Shown here piece by piece: positions 1 through 14,623 of a stretch of 64,000 bases of DNA. The notes below the pieces were generated by a model, which had not been told where the DNA came from, ran no database searches, and was given only the letters and a program-made list of their open reading frames with translations. The stretch comes from Eledone cirrhosa. Taxonomy: Eukaryota. The translations under genes were made by a program, and so were the position numbers. Location of the stretch: contig CAXHJY010001509.1 of NCBI GenBank assembly GCA_964016885.1, forward strand, positions 1 to 64,000. The letters are read 5' to 3'. Within the stretch, counting starts at the first letter, position 1. Each line of letters opens with the position of its first letter.

Positions 1-79
1 ACTCTACTTTCCTTAAGTATGGAGTGATAAGTTGAAGAATTACTGATCTTATCTAGTAAAAGAGAGAGTGTTTGTGTGG

Positions 80-127
<48 letters not shown>

Positions 128-892
128 TTAGAAATTTGCCAAGGTGTTTTAACATCTTGGCAAAATTGTCAAGTCATTGGTTGGCAAATAAAATGTGTCT
201 ATGGTGTTTTCACAGAAGTTTTAAATTTGGATATGTATGATTCCATGATCTGAAATCTCTATCTATATATATATATATAGAGAGAGAGATACATAAATGC
301 ACACACACATTCACACACTACTTAAATATATATTTATATATATACATACATAAGCGCACACACACGTATATATATATATATATACACACACAGACTTTAT
401 ATATACATACATACCCATTCAAATATTGATCTTCGTAGGCATTTATATATCAGTATCATATCTGCATACTGAACATTTCTAAGGAGCTCTGTATAATATT
501 ACAAATACATTTTCATTTTTATGCTGAATTTATGTAGACATTGGCACATGAACTTGTAAAACTATTTTTACATCCTATCAGAACTAAGTGTACCAATGTG
601 TTCAGGAAGATGGCAGACTTTGGACTTTTGACAGTTAACACCCTCGTTTTCTTACAGCTGAATAGTTTTCATGGTAACAAATAGATTTATAAACCAAATT
701 TTCTGGAGTTGCAATAACTGGAAATTTTAGAGAGAGGGGGGGGGGGGAGAAAGGAGGATACAAGTGACAGGGAGAACGAGCAAAAGAGAGCAAAAGAGAG
801 CAAAAGAGAGCAAAAAAGAGAGCAAAAAAGAGAGCAAAAGAGAGAAAAGGGTGAACAGAGAGACATTCTTATACAAATATATATCCATAGAT

Positions 893-1080
893 AATTGTTT
901 CTACATTTGGCACAAGGCCAGCAATTACCCAGTACATTACTGGTACTTTATTTTATCGACTCCGTAAGGATGAAAGGCAAAGTTAACCTCGGCGTGATTT
1001 GAACTCAGATCGTAAAGGGACGTAACTATGCTGGAAATCATGGCGTCCAACTCTACCTATACTGCCAATCCACCGCCCCT
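893..1080 (-). mobile_element. tRNA-derived SINE, family A (Meta-domain-like core)
   Basis: Reverse complement has an A-box-like GTGGATTGGCAGTA, B-box GAGTTCAAATC and core TTAACTTTGCCTTTCATCCTTACGGAGTCGATAAAATAAAGTACCAG. The same unit recurs more than 10 times in the window. Confidence 0.9.
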
Positions 1081-1102
1081 ATATACATAAATAATGTGTG
1101 TG

Positions 1103-1142
<40 letters not shown>

Positions 1143-1527
1143 CATATATATATATTCATGTGTAACTGCATGTAAGTATGTGTGCATATATTTATGTATG
1201 TATGTATCCCTGAATATGTGTATGTATTGTGAGAGAATGTATGAAAGAAAAAAGAAAAAGAAAATCTTAGAGTTTAATATGTTAATCATGTGAATGTGAG
1301 ACTACATCACTACAACAAACAGCTAAAACTGATGCTATTTTATTTCATATTGCCAGCTGATATCCCCAGGTGAATGGTTATTACATTCCCAGAGGATATA
1401 GTAGATATATGAAATATGCAAATGCTAGCATAATTCTTTGAAAGTTTAACTGACAGTCATGTAGTTTTGGGGGGTTTTTTTTAGACTGTTTCTCTGACAT
1501 TTTTTTATCTAACTATTACTATTCATA

Positions 1528-2105
1528 GATGGCTTGTGACTTAGTGGTTAGTGTGTTGGACTCAAAATCCTACAGTTGTAAGTGATCCCTGATCCCAGAC
1601 CAGTCAACACATTGTGTCTCTGAAAAAGTGAAAAAGATTTTATTTCACATTGCTCCACTCCACTCCACTGGAAAAAAATGAGTCACAATTACTCTGAAGT
1701 TAAGGTGCGTTAATTAGCCTATGTCTTTCCTGTGAACAACATCAATGGCATAGAAAAAGGAGTCTAGCATTCATGGGCGTCAGCTGGTCTTCCAAAAACC
1801 ACTTTGCACAAGCTTGCGTTTTGGAGAAGAACTTTCCAGATACAAACTAATAATCGGTTATAAACAAAGGAGGAGAAACTAGCATGCATAGGTGTCTGTT
1901 GGTCTTCCACCAAACATTTTACTCAGGCTGGTGTTTTGGAGAACTTTCCAGGTGCAAAACCATGGCCAGTCGTGACTGAAGTCTACCAGTCGTGACTGAA
2001 GTCTACCAGTCGTGACTGAAGTCTACCAGTCGTGACTGAAGTCTACCAGTCGTGACTGAAGTCTACCAGTCGTGACTGAAGTCTACCAGTCATGACTGAA
2101 GGGGG
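1528..2105 (+). mobile_element. Decayed CORE-like SINE with duplicated 3' region
   Basis: Head TGACTTAGTGGTTAG, core TTTATTTCACATTGCTCCA, internal 3' duplication, ends TGACTGAAGGGGG. Confidence 0.6.
1966..2100 (+). repeat. 20-bp minisatellite (CCAGTCGTGACTGAAGTCTA), 6 units plus a partial unit
   Basis: Perfect tandem units visible directly. Confidence 0.97.
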
Positions 2106-2310
2106 CTATTACTATTCATGTTTGCTTTGCAGATTAGCTGTAGTTATCTTGTAAACTAAGCATTTTAAATGGTTAAAAGACTTAACTATTCCAATTGAAA
2201 AAATTCAAATCTAAATTGTTCAATCTCAGTGTCTCAGTACATGCTGCTGTGATAAATAATACATTTTACGTGTTGCTCAGAGATAAGTATAATCTTCATT
2301 ATAATACAGT

Positions 2311-2500
2311 AGGGGCAGTGGATTGGCAGTATCAGTAGAGAGTTGGACGCCATGCTTTCCAGCATAGTTACGTCCCTTTGTGGTCTGAGTTCAAATCCCA
2401 CCGAAGTTAACTTTGCCTTTCATCCTTACGGGGTCGATAAAATAAAGTACCAGTAATGTACTGGGTAATTGCTGGCCTTGTGTCAAAAAGTAGAAACAAT
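2311..2500 (+). mobile_element. SINE family A, full length, TSD TTATAATACA
   Basis: A/B boxes, Meta-like core, flanking direct repeat. Confidence 0.92.
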
Positions 2501-2942
2501 TATAATACAAAATGCTTTACTTGCTAAACCAAACATATCTATTTTAAATGTCTTGTGGAGAAAGTGTGCCACTTCTTAATCACAGAAACTATTTCTGGGT
2601 TTAATGGTAATGCATCTTCAGTAGTTAAGAGAAAATATAGCTTAAATATGCAGCTATTACCAGAAGATTTTAAGTAATTAACAAAATAATCAAATAAATA
2701 AATCTGTGCTTACTGAAATTAAAGCTGTCACCTTAACCCTTTCGTTAACATTTTCAATGAAATTCAATTTTTCAAAATCCCTTTAAACCCTTTCGATGCC
2801 AACTTGTTTGAAGCTGCCTCTGGTACTATGATACAAGTTACCCAATTTAAAGTATCCATCCTTTTATTAAAATCTTCAATCATAATTATATCATCATCAT
2901 CATATAAACACTTTTCATTAATGACCCGAACATCAGACTAAT

Positions 2943-3130
2943 AATTGTTTCTGATTTAGGCATAAGGCCAGCAATATTTTAGGAGGGGTAAGTCGATAAA
3001 ATCAACTACAGTGGGTGACTGGTGCTTTATTTTATCAACACCATAAGGATGAAAGGCAAAGTTAACCTCAGCTCGATTTGAACTCAGAACGTAAAGACCT
3101 TCAACTCTCTGCTGTGAAGCATGGTGTCCC
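2943..3130 (-). mobile_element. SINE family A variant, TSD AACATCAGACTAATAAT
   Basis: Core match; 17-bp direct repeat on both sides. Confidence 0.88.
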
Positions 3131-3536
3131 AACATCAGACTAATAATGAAAAAGTTACTTTACTAAATTCCCACATGTTTTGGATCATCTTCAAATTTAA
3201 TTATAACATTTAGACAGTGTATTTTATCATAAACATGACACCAAGAAATTTAAACAAGTAACTGAGAATTTGGATGGGAAACTGCTCTTTGAAACAAATC
3301 CTTAAAATTATGAAGGATGGTTTTAAATTAAATATGAATATAAAAAACGCTGAAATGGCCAATAAGCCATAAAACATGTATAAGCAATCTCATATCTTTT
3401 GTATACAAAGAGAACAATGTTTTTCATATTTATTTAAATGTTCACATCAATTCTTATAAAGGAGAGTTACAACTACATTAAATTTACTTTAAATTTTTTT
3501 AAACGCACTGTGTTGCACATAGATAATCATTATTTA

Positions 3537-3720
3537 GTGGATTGGCAGTATCGGTAGAGAGTTGGACACCATGCTTTTCAGCACAGAGTTGCGTCCCTTT
3601 ACGGACTGAGTTCAAATCCCACCGAGGTTAACTTTGCCTTTCATCCTTACGGGGTCAATAAAATAAAGTACCAGTAATGTACTGGTTAATTGCTGGCCTT
3701 GTACCAAAAATAGAAACAAT
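3537..3720 (+). mobile_element. SINE family A
   Basis: Core match; ATTATTTA direct repeat. Confidence 0.9.
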
Positions 3721-3967
3721 TATTTAATTATACCATTAACAAATGCACATTATGCAAATCATCCTGGCCATTTCAGTTTAGTTGTAGTGTGATATAAAAA
3801 ACATTTTAAACACTGCTGAATCTTTGATGCCACTGCCACTATTTTCTTCCACATTTCTGAGACAGAACAGAAACAGCATTGATTAGTGAGTGCACCTTAA
3901 CCTTGCAAACCCAATGCCAAACTCACAATTGCTAATGCTTCAATAAAACGCATCTACTATACTCTAT

Positions 3968-4109
3968 AAGTCATGTGCAAAATTCAGCCTGTGGGCCACA
4001 TGCAGTTTAGCTTTCTGAATGGCATGCCTTGAATGTTTTAGTAGTGTAGCCTGCCTTATGATGTGTCATACTATGCTGCTCAAAGCTTGAAAAAGTTTGT
4101 CCATACCTA
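3968..4109. mobile_element. hAT (Charlie-like) MITE relic
   Basis: Degenerate TIRs AAGTCATGTGCAAA / GTTTGTCCATACCTA; about 8-bp ACTCTATA direct repeat nearby on both sides. Confidence 0.55.
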
Positions 4110-4395
4110 CTCTATAAAGTGGTAATGACTGAAATCAGTTCATCTAGGATTGCGACGACTGTTTTAGTCCCTATTAAGGATATTGACAACCGCTCCAGTG
4201 GAGGTGCCACAATATAATGCACCAAGTTCATTCTAATTTGTTGAGCATTAGCAAAGCCATGCAACCAAAAAATATCATAGAAAGAAATGTAACTTATGAG
4301 TGAGATGAAGTTTTCGAACCTACCCTCTCAATCTGTGACAACAGAGCCGAAGCAGACAGCATGAAAAGTGAACATTAAATGATGATTATATATAC

Positions 4396-4428
<33 letters not shown>

Positions 4429-6831
4429 CATACATATATATATGTGTGTGTGTGTGCATAATATGCAATGTTATGTAAATAGAGACATACATCTTGAATG
4501 TATTAAAACATTTTACTGTATATTTTCTATTTAAATTTATTGGTTATACACACATATATATACACACACACATATATGTACATACACACACACATACATA
4601 CATACACATATATATACACACAAATATGTATGTACATACACACGCATACACACACGCATACATACATACACACACATATATATATATATATACATTCGCG
4701 CACACACACACACACATATAAATGTACACATACATATTCTGTTCATTTTGCATTGCTTTTAATATTCCACTCAAAATGTTGCTATTTTAAAAACAGTATA
4801 ATGACCAAATCTCTTAAGAGATGCGATGAAAGAAAATGTTAAAGTAATACAATAAAAATGTTTGTTATTAACATCTTATAAGAGATAGAAACCTTTGTTA
4901 AACAAGAATCTTAGATACAAACTATGAAATTAAACCATTTCTAAATAGATTCTAAAAATAAATATAAATCAAAGGAAAAAAATATAAATAATGAAATTAA
5001 AATAAAGTATAAGATAAATAAACAGATATGTATACATTGCTATAAAATATATACACACAAACACAAATCTCTCCATCAAATATATGTATTTTATTGAGCC
5101 GAAATATAATATTTCTCTCTTGTTAGATGTGTAATTATTACATTCTTTGTTATTCCAATTCTTTATAATTCCAAAATAAAAATGCTCTTCTGATTTCCTG
5201 TCAATCAGATTTTTCACTATTCCTTTATTATAAAGCTGTGTTTAATTTTCTGTCAACTCGTTATGTCTTGTCTATATTCACACTTGAATAAGCAGATTAA
5301 TGAACCATTCCCTCCTTTGACTACTACACATATATATTTAGGATGTTCAGTCAGATTAGAGTGTCACATAAAATTCTTTGTGGCATTCTATTTATTTCAG
5401 CTCACTGTGTTTAAATCCTGTCGAGGTCAACATTTTCCTCCATTCAGATACAAGAAATAAAGTACCATACTAGTACTGATGTAGGCACTATGGTTTATCA
5501 ATGTTTTGTGCTGTAAGAAATCAGTAGTATTAACTGTTGAAAGTTCAACGTCTACCATCTTCCTCAACACATTGGTACACTTAGTTCTGGCGGAAAGTAA
5601 GTTCATGTGCCAATATCTACATAACATTGTTGAATTGGCTCAGTCATTGGAGTGCCAGATAGGATGTTTGAGGTATTCTAGTCAGTCTAGCTCTCTGTAT
5701 GTGTTTAAATCCTGATGAGGTCAAATCTACCTCTCATCCATTCAAGGTAAATAAACATGATTTTGTTTTTCTGGGTTCTCTCTATCACTGTGTGCTGTAA
5801 AAGGAGACAGAGTTGGCACCAGGAAAAAACATTCAGCTATAAATCATTGCTCAAAAAGGGACCCGTGGTAATGGTTAATCTGAGTTAAAGCAATTGATAA
5901 TGTCATCCTTTTGTTTTTTTAGATCATATCCCACCTAAATCAACTTTGTTTTTCATTCTCCATAGACAATAAAAACTGATATCAAAATGTTTAATTTTTT
6001 TCTATATAGATTATAAAATGAAAGTGATTGGCTTAGTGGTAAGGAATGCTGGATTCACAATTATGAGGTCATACATTCAATTCCCAAACTAGTTGGCATG
6101 TAATGTTCTTAAGCAAGATATTTCATTTCACATTGCCTCAGTTCCCTCAACTGAAAATAACTATCAAAATTGCATCTCAAGATGCTAAAATATTCTCCAG
6201 GCTTTTTCCAACTCATGCAAGTATAGAAAAATAGATGCAAAATGACACACAGACACACACACAAATATCTGATAGCCATTTATCCTGCTAAAGTAAGGTT
6301 TAGTCTTGCAGGCTCCATAATATGCTTCATGGTAATCATGGAATTCTTTTTTTAGGCAAATTTTTACAGCTGTATACCCTTCCTGGTCCCAATCTTTTAT
6401 TCACCTCTTATGACATGCAAGGATATGGTACTCTATGTTAAACAAGATAGTCACAGTATTCTAAAAACAACAATAGAATAGACAGTAGGAAACTAAAGTT
6501 CAGTGCAGTTTGGTGCTCATGATAAGCAGTGTAAAATAAATGGTAAATAATGCCTTAGAATGAATTGCCATCATAGAATAGGCTAAGTGCCAGATTGTAA
6601 ATTACAATTATGGCTGGCTCGGCTGTGTCAGCCATGTGTAGTAAATAGATTTTTGGAAAACTTTCTGCAATTTATTTCCTTCTTCATAAACAAGAAATAC
6701 ATGCTGCATGCCACCACCACAATAGCTGATGGCATTTGTTATTGACATGAATTTCAATGGTTGGTTAGATGGTTTGTTTCATAATATTTTAGCAACAATA
6801 CTCTGTTATTGTTTGTTACATTTATCTTATT

Positions 6832-7052
6832 AAGGTGGTGGATTGGCAATATCGGTAGAGCATCAGACACCAATTTTTGCAGCATCGAGTTATGGACCTT
6901 TCATTTTGAGTTCAAATCCCATCAAAGTTAACTTTGCCTTTCATTGAGACAGGGTTGATCATATAAAGCACTATTCATGCCCTGGGGTTGATTTAATCGA
7001 CTTTCCGATCACCCGCTAAAATTGCTGGCCTTGTGCCCAAATCAGAAATCAT
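6832..7052 (+). mobile_element. SINE family A, longer and older subfamily
   Basis: A/B boxes and core, with extra GGGGTTGATTTAATCGACT segment. Confidence 0.8.
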
Positions 7053-9522
7053 TATTATCATTAGGGTGATAGATTAGCAGAGTCATCAGAACATCGGACA
7101 CATGTTTATCAATATTTGTCCAATCTTGCTACATTCTGAGTTCAAATCCCACCAAGGAGAAGAGGATGATAAAGAAGGATGGTTAATTCTAAACTTCCCC
7201 ACACAGCCAACTATGTGAGAAACCTTCCATCACCTTTCATTTGGAGCAGTTATTCAAACAACTATACTACCTACTTGTTAAATTGATGTAATAATTACTG
7301 AGTATTCTGTAAACAAACATGCCTACTTTTAACTAAATTCTTAGACCAAACACATGTGACAAGGCTGGCTCTTTGAATTACAATTACTTTTCCATATTCT
7401 ATTACTATGTAAGTGGCTGAGTATTCCACAAACACTTGTACATAATGCAATCTTTAAGTTGAATCACAATATGAGGCAAGGCTGGACATTAGACATCCAT
7501 CCAACAAGCTTCAACACAATATTTGTCTAACACTGTTTAGAAGAATTGGCCAAATAACTTTAACAGATACAAAGATTCACTCCATGCCAAAATTTCTTTG
7601 ACATCAACTTACAGCTATTAACTTATACAAATACACTGCAGTAGAATTGTAGAATTTATGTTGCTTTTTTTTTTTTTTTTTTTTAGTTCTTTAGTTTGCA
7701 GTGTACACTTCATATTATATTCATCATACTCCAGTGACTCAAATGTATGTTGCCAACAAATATCTAACATCAGATATATCTACATCATAACTTTTCAGCC
7801 CAACAGTCCAGACATACTGGCATCCATACATGTACCTACCTATGTAATCACCCTTCAGGCCAATTAGCTAATGTAGCTTTTTGACAATAGATATGCCTAC
7901 ATCATATTTTGGACCAATTATTTGAGTTTATTTGTAACATTCATCTTTTATACCTCCATTAAGGGTGCCATGACAAAGTTCCTGTTCCAGCTCACCCTGT
8001 CTAGCATTGCTGTCTGGATTTACCCTTGCTTCCAACTCGGTGTCATCCTCAAGAACATCGTTCACTATGATGAACTAATCTGCACACATCATGTTTCCAG
8101 AAAAGAACTCTTCCAGCAAGTTCATTGTGACATTTCAAAACATAAACATCTTGGTATGTATTAAATCAGTTTATCATCTTTTTGATTTTAAAACTGAAGA
8201 CTCATATCATACGTACTATCTATATATGGCAGTATAGTTTATCACAGCTACATTGATTTATCAATCAGCAAAGTATGAAAAAAAAAAGATACCTTGCAGT
8301 TTTTTTGTTTTTTTTTATCATTCACAGAATTTATCAATTCTCTATAAATTATTTAGTTTGTACAATGTTGAATGGTTTACGTCTTTTGTGTCATTTTTGT
8401 ATATGTTCAAGGGTCCAAAGCTTTTGTTGGCTGTTTTAGTATATGAGGCATCAGTGAGCACATCATAGATATACAATGAAAGAATCGATAGCTAATAATA
8501 GATATTTTTATGAGAATTTAAGAATAAAGGAAAAGTGAGTATAACTGTGGGCATCTGTGAGTATGTGTGATGCTAAAAGCTAACTCCATCAATGATGCAA
8601 TTATTATTATTATCATTATATAGAAATACACACATAAATATAAATATATATAATATATATATACACACATATATATATATATACATATATATAGTAATAA
8701 TAATAAATATGACGACTATATTATATATATATACACACACACATATATATATTTATATGTACTTATTTTACTTTTACATATTTAAACACACACACATGTA
8801 TATATATATACACACACAAATTCCATAAATTTATCGCAATTCTATACAAGTCTAATTTGATTCTCTTCCTACCATATATATTATTCCAATCTAAATAGCT
8901 GCATTGTTGAGTAATAGTTCTTACTGAAGAATAGTATACATATATGTGTGTGACTATACAAATATCCAGATAATAATATATGTATGTATCTATAGTCTCA
9001 CAACTTTTGCAATCTAGTTCATGCTATATTGAATAATTTCAGTAGAAAGTTTATATTGTGTAAGTAATTTATACTTAAGTCATCTATACATATATCCTAT
9101 AATATAGTGAATTTCTCTGAAATGGTTATTCTGCATTTCTATAGAATTGCCACATTGCTAATGAAATTATATTCTTTTGTCATTGAATAATTAGGGAATT
9201 TGCATATATCAACTATTTAGAATCTATTGACAAGGTAGAATCCATTATTTATATTTATATGCATTTTGTGTGCCTGTGTGTGTGTGTGTGTGTGCGTGTT
9301 TGCGTGTGCGCGTTTGTGTGTGCGCGTGTGTGCGTGTGTGCGTGTGTGCGTGTGTGCGCGTGTGCGTGTGTGTGAATAATAATAATGAAAGTAATTATTT
9401 GAAAGAACCACTGAGGAATTTGAAAGATGAAAGAAACAGTGATAAAATAGTATTCCTTAGTTCATTAAACTTTATTATTTATTCATCATATATGTATACC
9501 TGCATATATGCATACATGTGTA

Positions 9523-9556
<34 letters not shown>

Positions 9557-9820
9557 TATACAAAAACACAAGAGATGTAACAGGATCTCAGACAGGCTAA
9601 CAAAGAATGTAAGCTTTCTATGAGGCAGATGGACATGAGCAGTGAGCAGCAAAATATCACATATAATAGGTACTATCAAATAAACAAAAAAACTCCCTTG
9701 AAAAAGTTGATAAGTGACTTAATTAGAAGTGGGTGTGGACGTTCTGAAAGTACAACAGCTAATGTGAGAACAGTGAACTTCTAACTCTGATGGCTATAAA
9801 GGTTTATTTCACAGGATTAA

Positions 9821-9994
9821 CTCTTTAGCATTTACATTACTCTATATTTACTATTGTATTTTTGTGGTAAAGGCTTTACCACTCATAATTATCTCACACA
9901 ATACCGAATCTATAAGATTTTGATATCTATTTTGAGAACAATACCTTAACATCAGTATGAGTGGCCAATTGCAGCCAGTTTGAATGCTAAAGGG
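9821..9994. mobile_element. piggyBac-like MITE
   Basis: TTAA-CTCTTTAGCATT ... AATGCTAAAGGG-TTCA; related copies at 15392 and 38480. Confidence 0.8.
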
Positions 9995-10338
9995 TTCAAG
10001 ACAAATTATATTATGCCTGAGTGCAACCTAAGATTGTTAAGGGAACTGAGACTTGGTGCTTGATTGGGGATGATCTGTAAACAAATGAAATGCACATAAG
10101 ATGATTTAGTGAAGGTTGACCTCATGAAGCTAAAGCCCCCTCCCTACATGATTTATATCTCTTCCATCATCTAATATTCTTAATTCTTCACTATCTGAAT
10201 CCCCCACATTACTTTTTGCTCCTCTCGCATCCTTCATTTCTATTTTCTTGTTCAACCCAATGCCAGTTTGTAAAGACAAATCCTTCCCCAATAATATAGT
10301 GCCAAATATTGTACATATATATATATACATACACACAG

Positions 10339-10364
<26 letters not shown>

Positions 10365-10369
<5 letters not shown>

Positions 10370-10443
10370 CACATGTATACATACATACATAAATAAATAT
10401 ACACATGTATACATACATACATAAATACATATATGTATTTATT

Positions 10444-10481
<38 letters not shown>

Positions 10482-10575
10482 CACATGTATACATACATAC
10501 ATATATGTATTTATTTATATATATACACATGTATACATACATACATATATGTATTTATTTATATATATATATACA
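10365..10575. repeat. Compound minisatellite (ACACATGTATACATACATAC... units separated by TA runs)
   Basis: About 4 related units visible. Confidence 0.8.
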
Positions 10576-13201
10576 TATATCTATACATACACAAACACAT
10601 ACATATCAAACCAAATCTTACAATTCATTAAGGAAGTTTATTGAAGTGATAATATACAAAACAGTTCATTTTTCTTTTTTTTTTTTAGTTTCACTCTTTT
10701 GCTTCATTCCTACACATTCTTTATTGTCCTTCCCAAAAATATATTTCAAATCATCCATAAATGGTGTTTACGGACAAAAGATACAAAAGGAAGATTTTTT
10801 TTTATGCTGCTGCCATTAATATTTGCAAAGAAATTAGATGTTATTCAGACAATTTTCTATATAACAACGAAAACAGAAAAAAAAATATTTTGAGCAACAA
10901 AAAATTCTCACTGCACAAATGAAAAGCTAGCACTATGTGCAACTGACATAAAACTCTTAAAACCTCAAAAGATACGAATGACGACAACAACAGCAGCAGC
11001 AGCAATAATAATAACAACAACAACAACCATAGCAAAAATAATTACATCGATACTATGAAAATAAAATTAAAAACAAAATATTACAAGCACAGAAGTATTT
11101 CTTTTACAGTGAAAACAAAGAATGGTATTGCTGTATGGTTTTATGAGAAATTTGAAAATAATTTATTCTTGATATTAAAATAGACATTATATATAATTTC
11201 ATCTTTGCTCCTACCCCCATCCAATCCAACACGAAAATTATGTTTGAGAATAACTGTTATTCAAGTAATTTTATGGTTAACATTATTCATCATAATATTC
11301 CACATGCAAACCAATTAAGAAAAGAAAAAATAAAGAAACAAGATGTTTTTTTTTTGTTATATTTTTAATTAGCATTTGTTTGTTTTTTTAAGAATTCTTA
11401 TTTGTAAAGGTGAAACTAAAAATGTAATGAATTGCATATGTTGAGTTGCATTGAAATAGCATTGAAATTTGCATTAACTTTACATGAAATAATGTTTAAA
11501 TTATGTGATGATTGAGATGTTGCTGATCTTTAACACTAGGTCAGTATTAATTGAACAAACTCAACTTTTTTACTATATTCCTAATGAAAGGCATTGATTA
11601 TTTTCATAATTAATTAAAAATCATAGGCAAAGATTTAGAGGGATTTAGTAATAACTAGTTTACTCATTTATCAAGTGTTTGGAACAAAAGTTAAAGTTTC
11701 TTACATAAAATTATGATGTGCCTTGAGATAAAATATGACAAACACCTTTTCCTGATGTTCTATCAATTCTGCAATCTCCTAGTCTCATCACACTAGATAA
11801 TAAAACAGAACTTTATCATTGTAGTTGTTAACCTTCAGGTTAGCCATAAACAAATAAATATAATCATTAAATGCATTCCTGTCATGACTTTCTCATCTTA
11901 AGATAATCTAAGTCTAATGTGCCCTTCCCACATGTTGATTCAAAGTTTGACAGCAGTTCTCAAATATAATTATGATGGAAGGTTTTCAGATAAATATAAA
12001 TACTTTAAAATAAAGTTTTGTATCATAGAACCAGGGTCCCCTGGTTCAGGTCTGACCGGATGCTAAACAACATAAATGATGAAGTCATAATTTAAACCAA
12101 ATGATTATGGGTGATGACAGACTCAGTCAATTTCAAGCAAGGAAAACATGTAAATATGATGGTGAATCCGTGATGATCTTGAGCTAAATAATACCACCAC
12201 TACCATCAACAACAGGACCTCTACAGTAGATTTGAAACTTTGATTCTCCCAAAATATCCACTCAGCCAATTCATCAATACACAAACATATTACTGCATTA
12301 TCACATCACTACCAGATGACTAGATCACTGCCACCACATCACCTGAACTCCTATGGCCATATCACCACGTGGCACCCACACAACCACTTTACCACAGCGA
12401 GTTCACCAACCCTCATGCAATTGACCAGCTTATAGCTAATTCATCACTGCCACCACATAACTGACCTATAGCCAGTTCACAACCACAGAGCTACACCATG
12501 ACCACCACATAGCTAAATCAATGCCCTGAGCCATTGATGTGGTTAAAACTAAAAAAATAAAATATTAAAGTTGTGTTTTTTTTTTTGTTCTTAAAAAAAT
12601 ATAAAAAACTTTCATATTTATAGCAATGAAAAAAAATAATTAAAAAGAGAAAATAATTTTCAATTTCAATATTTCCAATATAATTTCACTGGAAGCTATA
12701 TTATAAAACAGGTGTTGACATTACACATTGCTCATTTTATTCTTCAGAGCAAAGCATATTATAATATATTTAAAAAAAACAATTTTACAATAAAAATTTA
12801 CCACCCAGATGTTTTAGTAATACAATAAGGTTACAATAGTTTAATCATCGTTTGGTATAGAAGTTAGCTGCAGGGAAAACTGTTTGGAAGAGTAGATAAC
12901 ATGTTTTCCCTTCTTTTTGAGTGTGTATGTGTCAAAGTGTGTGTGAGTGTGTGTGTACATGTCTGTTTAAGTCACAACACGTGTGTGTGTCTAAATACAT
13001 TAGTGTCTATGTGTGTTTGAGAGTCTAAGTGTGTTTCTGTATGTGTTTGCATGTTTGTTTTATTTTTTCCTTTTTTTAAACAATAGAGATAAAGTTGATT
13101 TGAATATTTCAGCTAAGAATTTAACACCATATAAATTTGTGTAAAAATTCTGTCAGTAAAAGTAGTAGGATTAGCAACTTAACATACATCACTCTTTCAT
13201 T

Positions 13202-13247
<46 letters not shown>

Positions 13248-13725
13248 TAAACACCCATATACCCACCTCCCCAATCCACACACACCTTTCCTACCAAAGT
13301 CCCACTGTAAAGTGGTCATGTAGGTGTCACGATAAAAAGCAAGTACTCACTGTAAATGTGGTTGGCATAAAGAAGAGCATCCAGCTATAGAAACCAAGCC
13401 TAAATCAGTTCTGTATGAGCAAGATATGGCCACCTGACCTATCTCACAACAGAACAACTTGTCTAAACCATTCTGGAATCTGGTCTTATATTTTTATTAA
13501 ATTCCATTCATGTACCAATTATGAGATACCACATATATGTTGGATGATACACCTACCATCAAGTGCTTATGTTTATTGCATGCATCATGGTCTGCTAATT
13601 GGTATGAAATGATTAAAACTACCTATTAATTAAACCATCCAACATAAACGGAATATATGTGTGTGTGTGACTCACCTAACATATATATATATATATAATC
13701 AGTGATGATGATGCAGAGGTCTGTC

Positions 13726-13780
<55 letters not shown>

Positions 13781-14623
13781 TGTGTGTGTTTACACGAACA
13801 TATTCTGTTGTATGTACAATGTTAGTGTACAAAACAGAAGACTGTTCTGGTATGGACATATTCTGCATATGAATGAACATAGGTGGGTAAATAAGTGCTT
13901 AGCGATACGGAGAATGAAGCTGTAGAAGAGAAAGATTGACAAAGATATGAGTAGATGTGAATTCTGATCTCAGGTGGCTGAATATTACAAAGGAGATGAC
14001 AAAGAAATGTATCAAGTTACTTTACGTTTTGTTGGAGATATAACTAACCCAATCTAGATTGGGAAACAGGTGTAAACATGATTATATATTTAAAATGCTT
14101 GCACACATGCATGCATATATAGACACACACACAATATACTGTAGCAGTTTGAATATCCAAAGGTGAAGAAAGAACAACTTCGCATCAAGATTTATTTGAC
14201 TTTATATATAACATTACGTTTACTAAAACACTACATATGTTTCAAAATTGGTTTAGACCAAACTTTTATCAAGCTATACATTTATATATATTTAGTACAA
14301 TAGGTATTATTACTGATTTCTATGCAACCACCCATATTTTTGTAAACTCTTCTCTGCAATATCACCTCACATGTCTTTCTTGTGGCAATTATAATTAAAG
14401 AACTATTATTTCAGTATAAGACACAAATTGTACAGAAATTGTTCGACCTCTTTATGATTTGATTTCAAATTCTACAATAGTCAACTTTCATCCTTTCAAA
14501 TCAATAACAAGTACCAATCAATAAAATAAAGTACCAATCAATTAGTGCGATTAATTAATCAACTTCCTTTTGCCCCTAAATTTGCTGGATTTGTTCCTAG
14601 TGAAACCATTGTATTATTAGTAT

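Noticed and set aside
1966-2100. CRISPR-like array
   Set aside because: No unique spacers, no cas genes, eukaryotic context.
7922-8164. 80-aa ORF with a possible GTATGT donor
   Set aside because: No recognisable domain in any frame and no convincing acceptor.
10130-10312. Minus-strand acidic peptide
   Set aside because: Sits between an RTE relic and a microsatellite; no splice sites or known motif.
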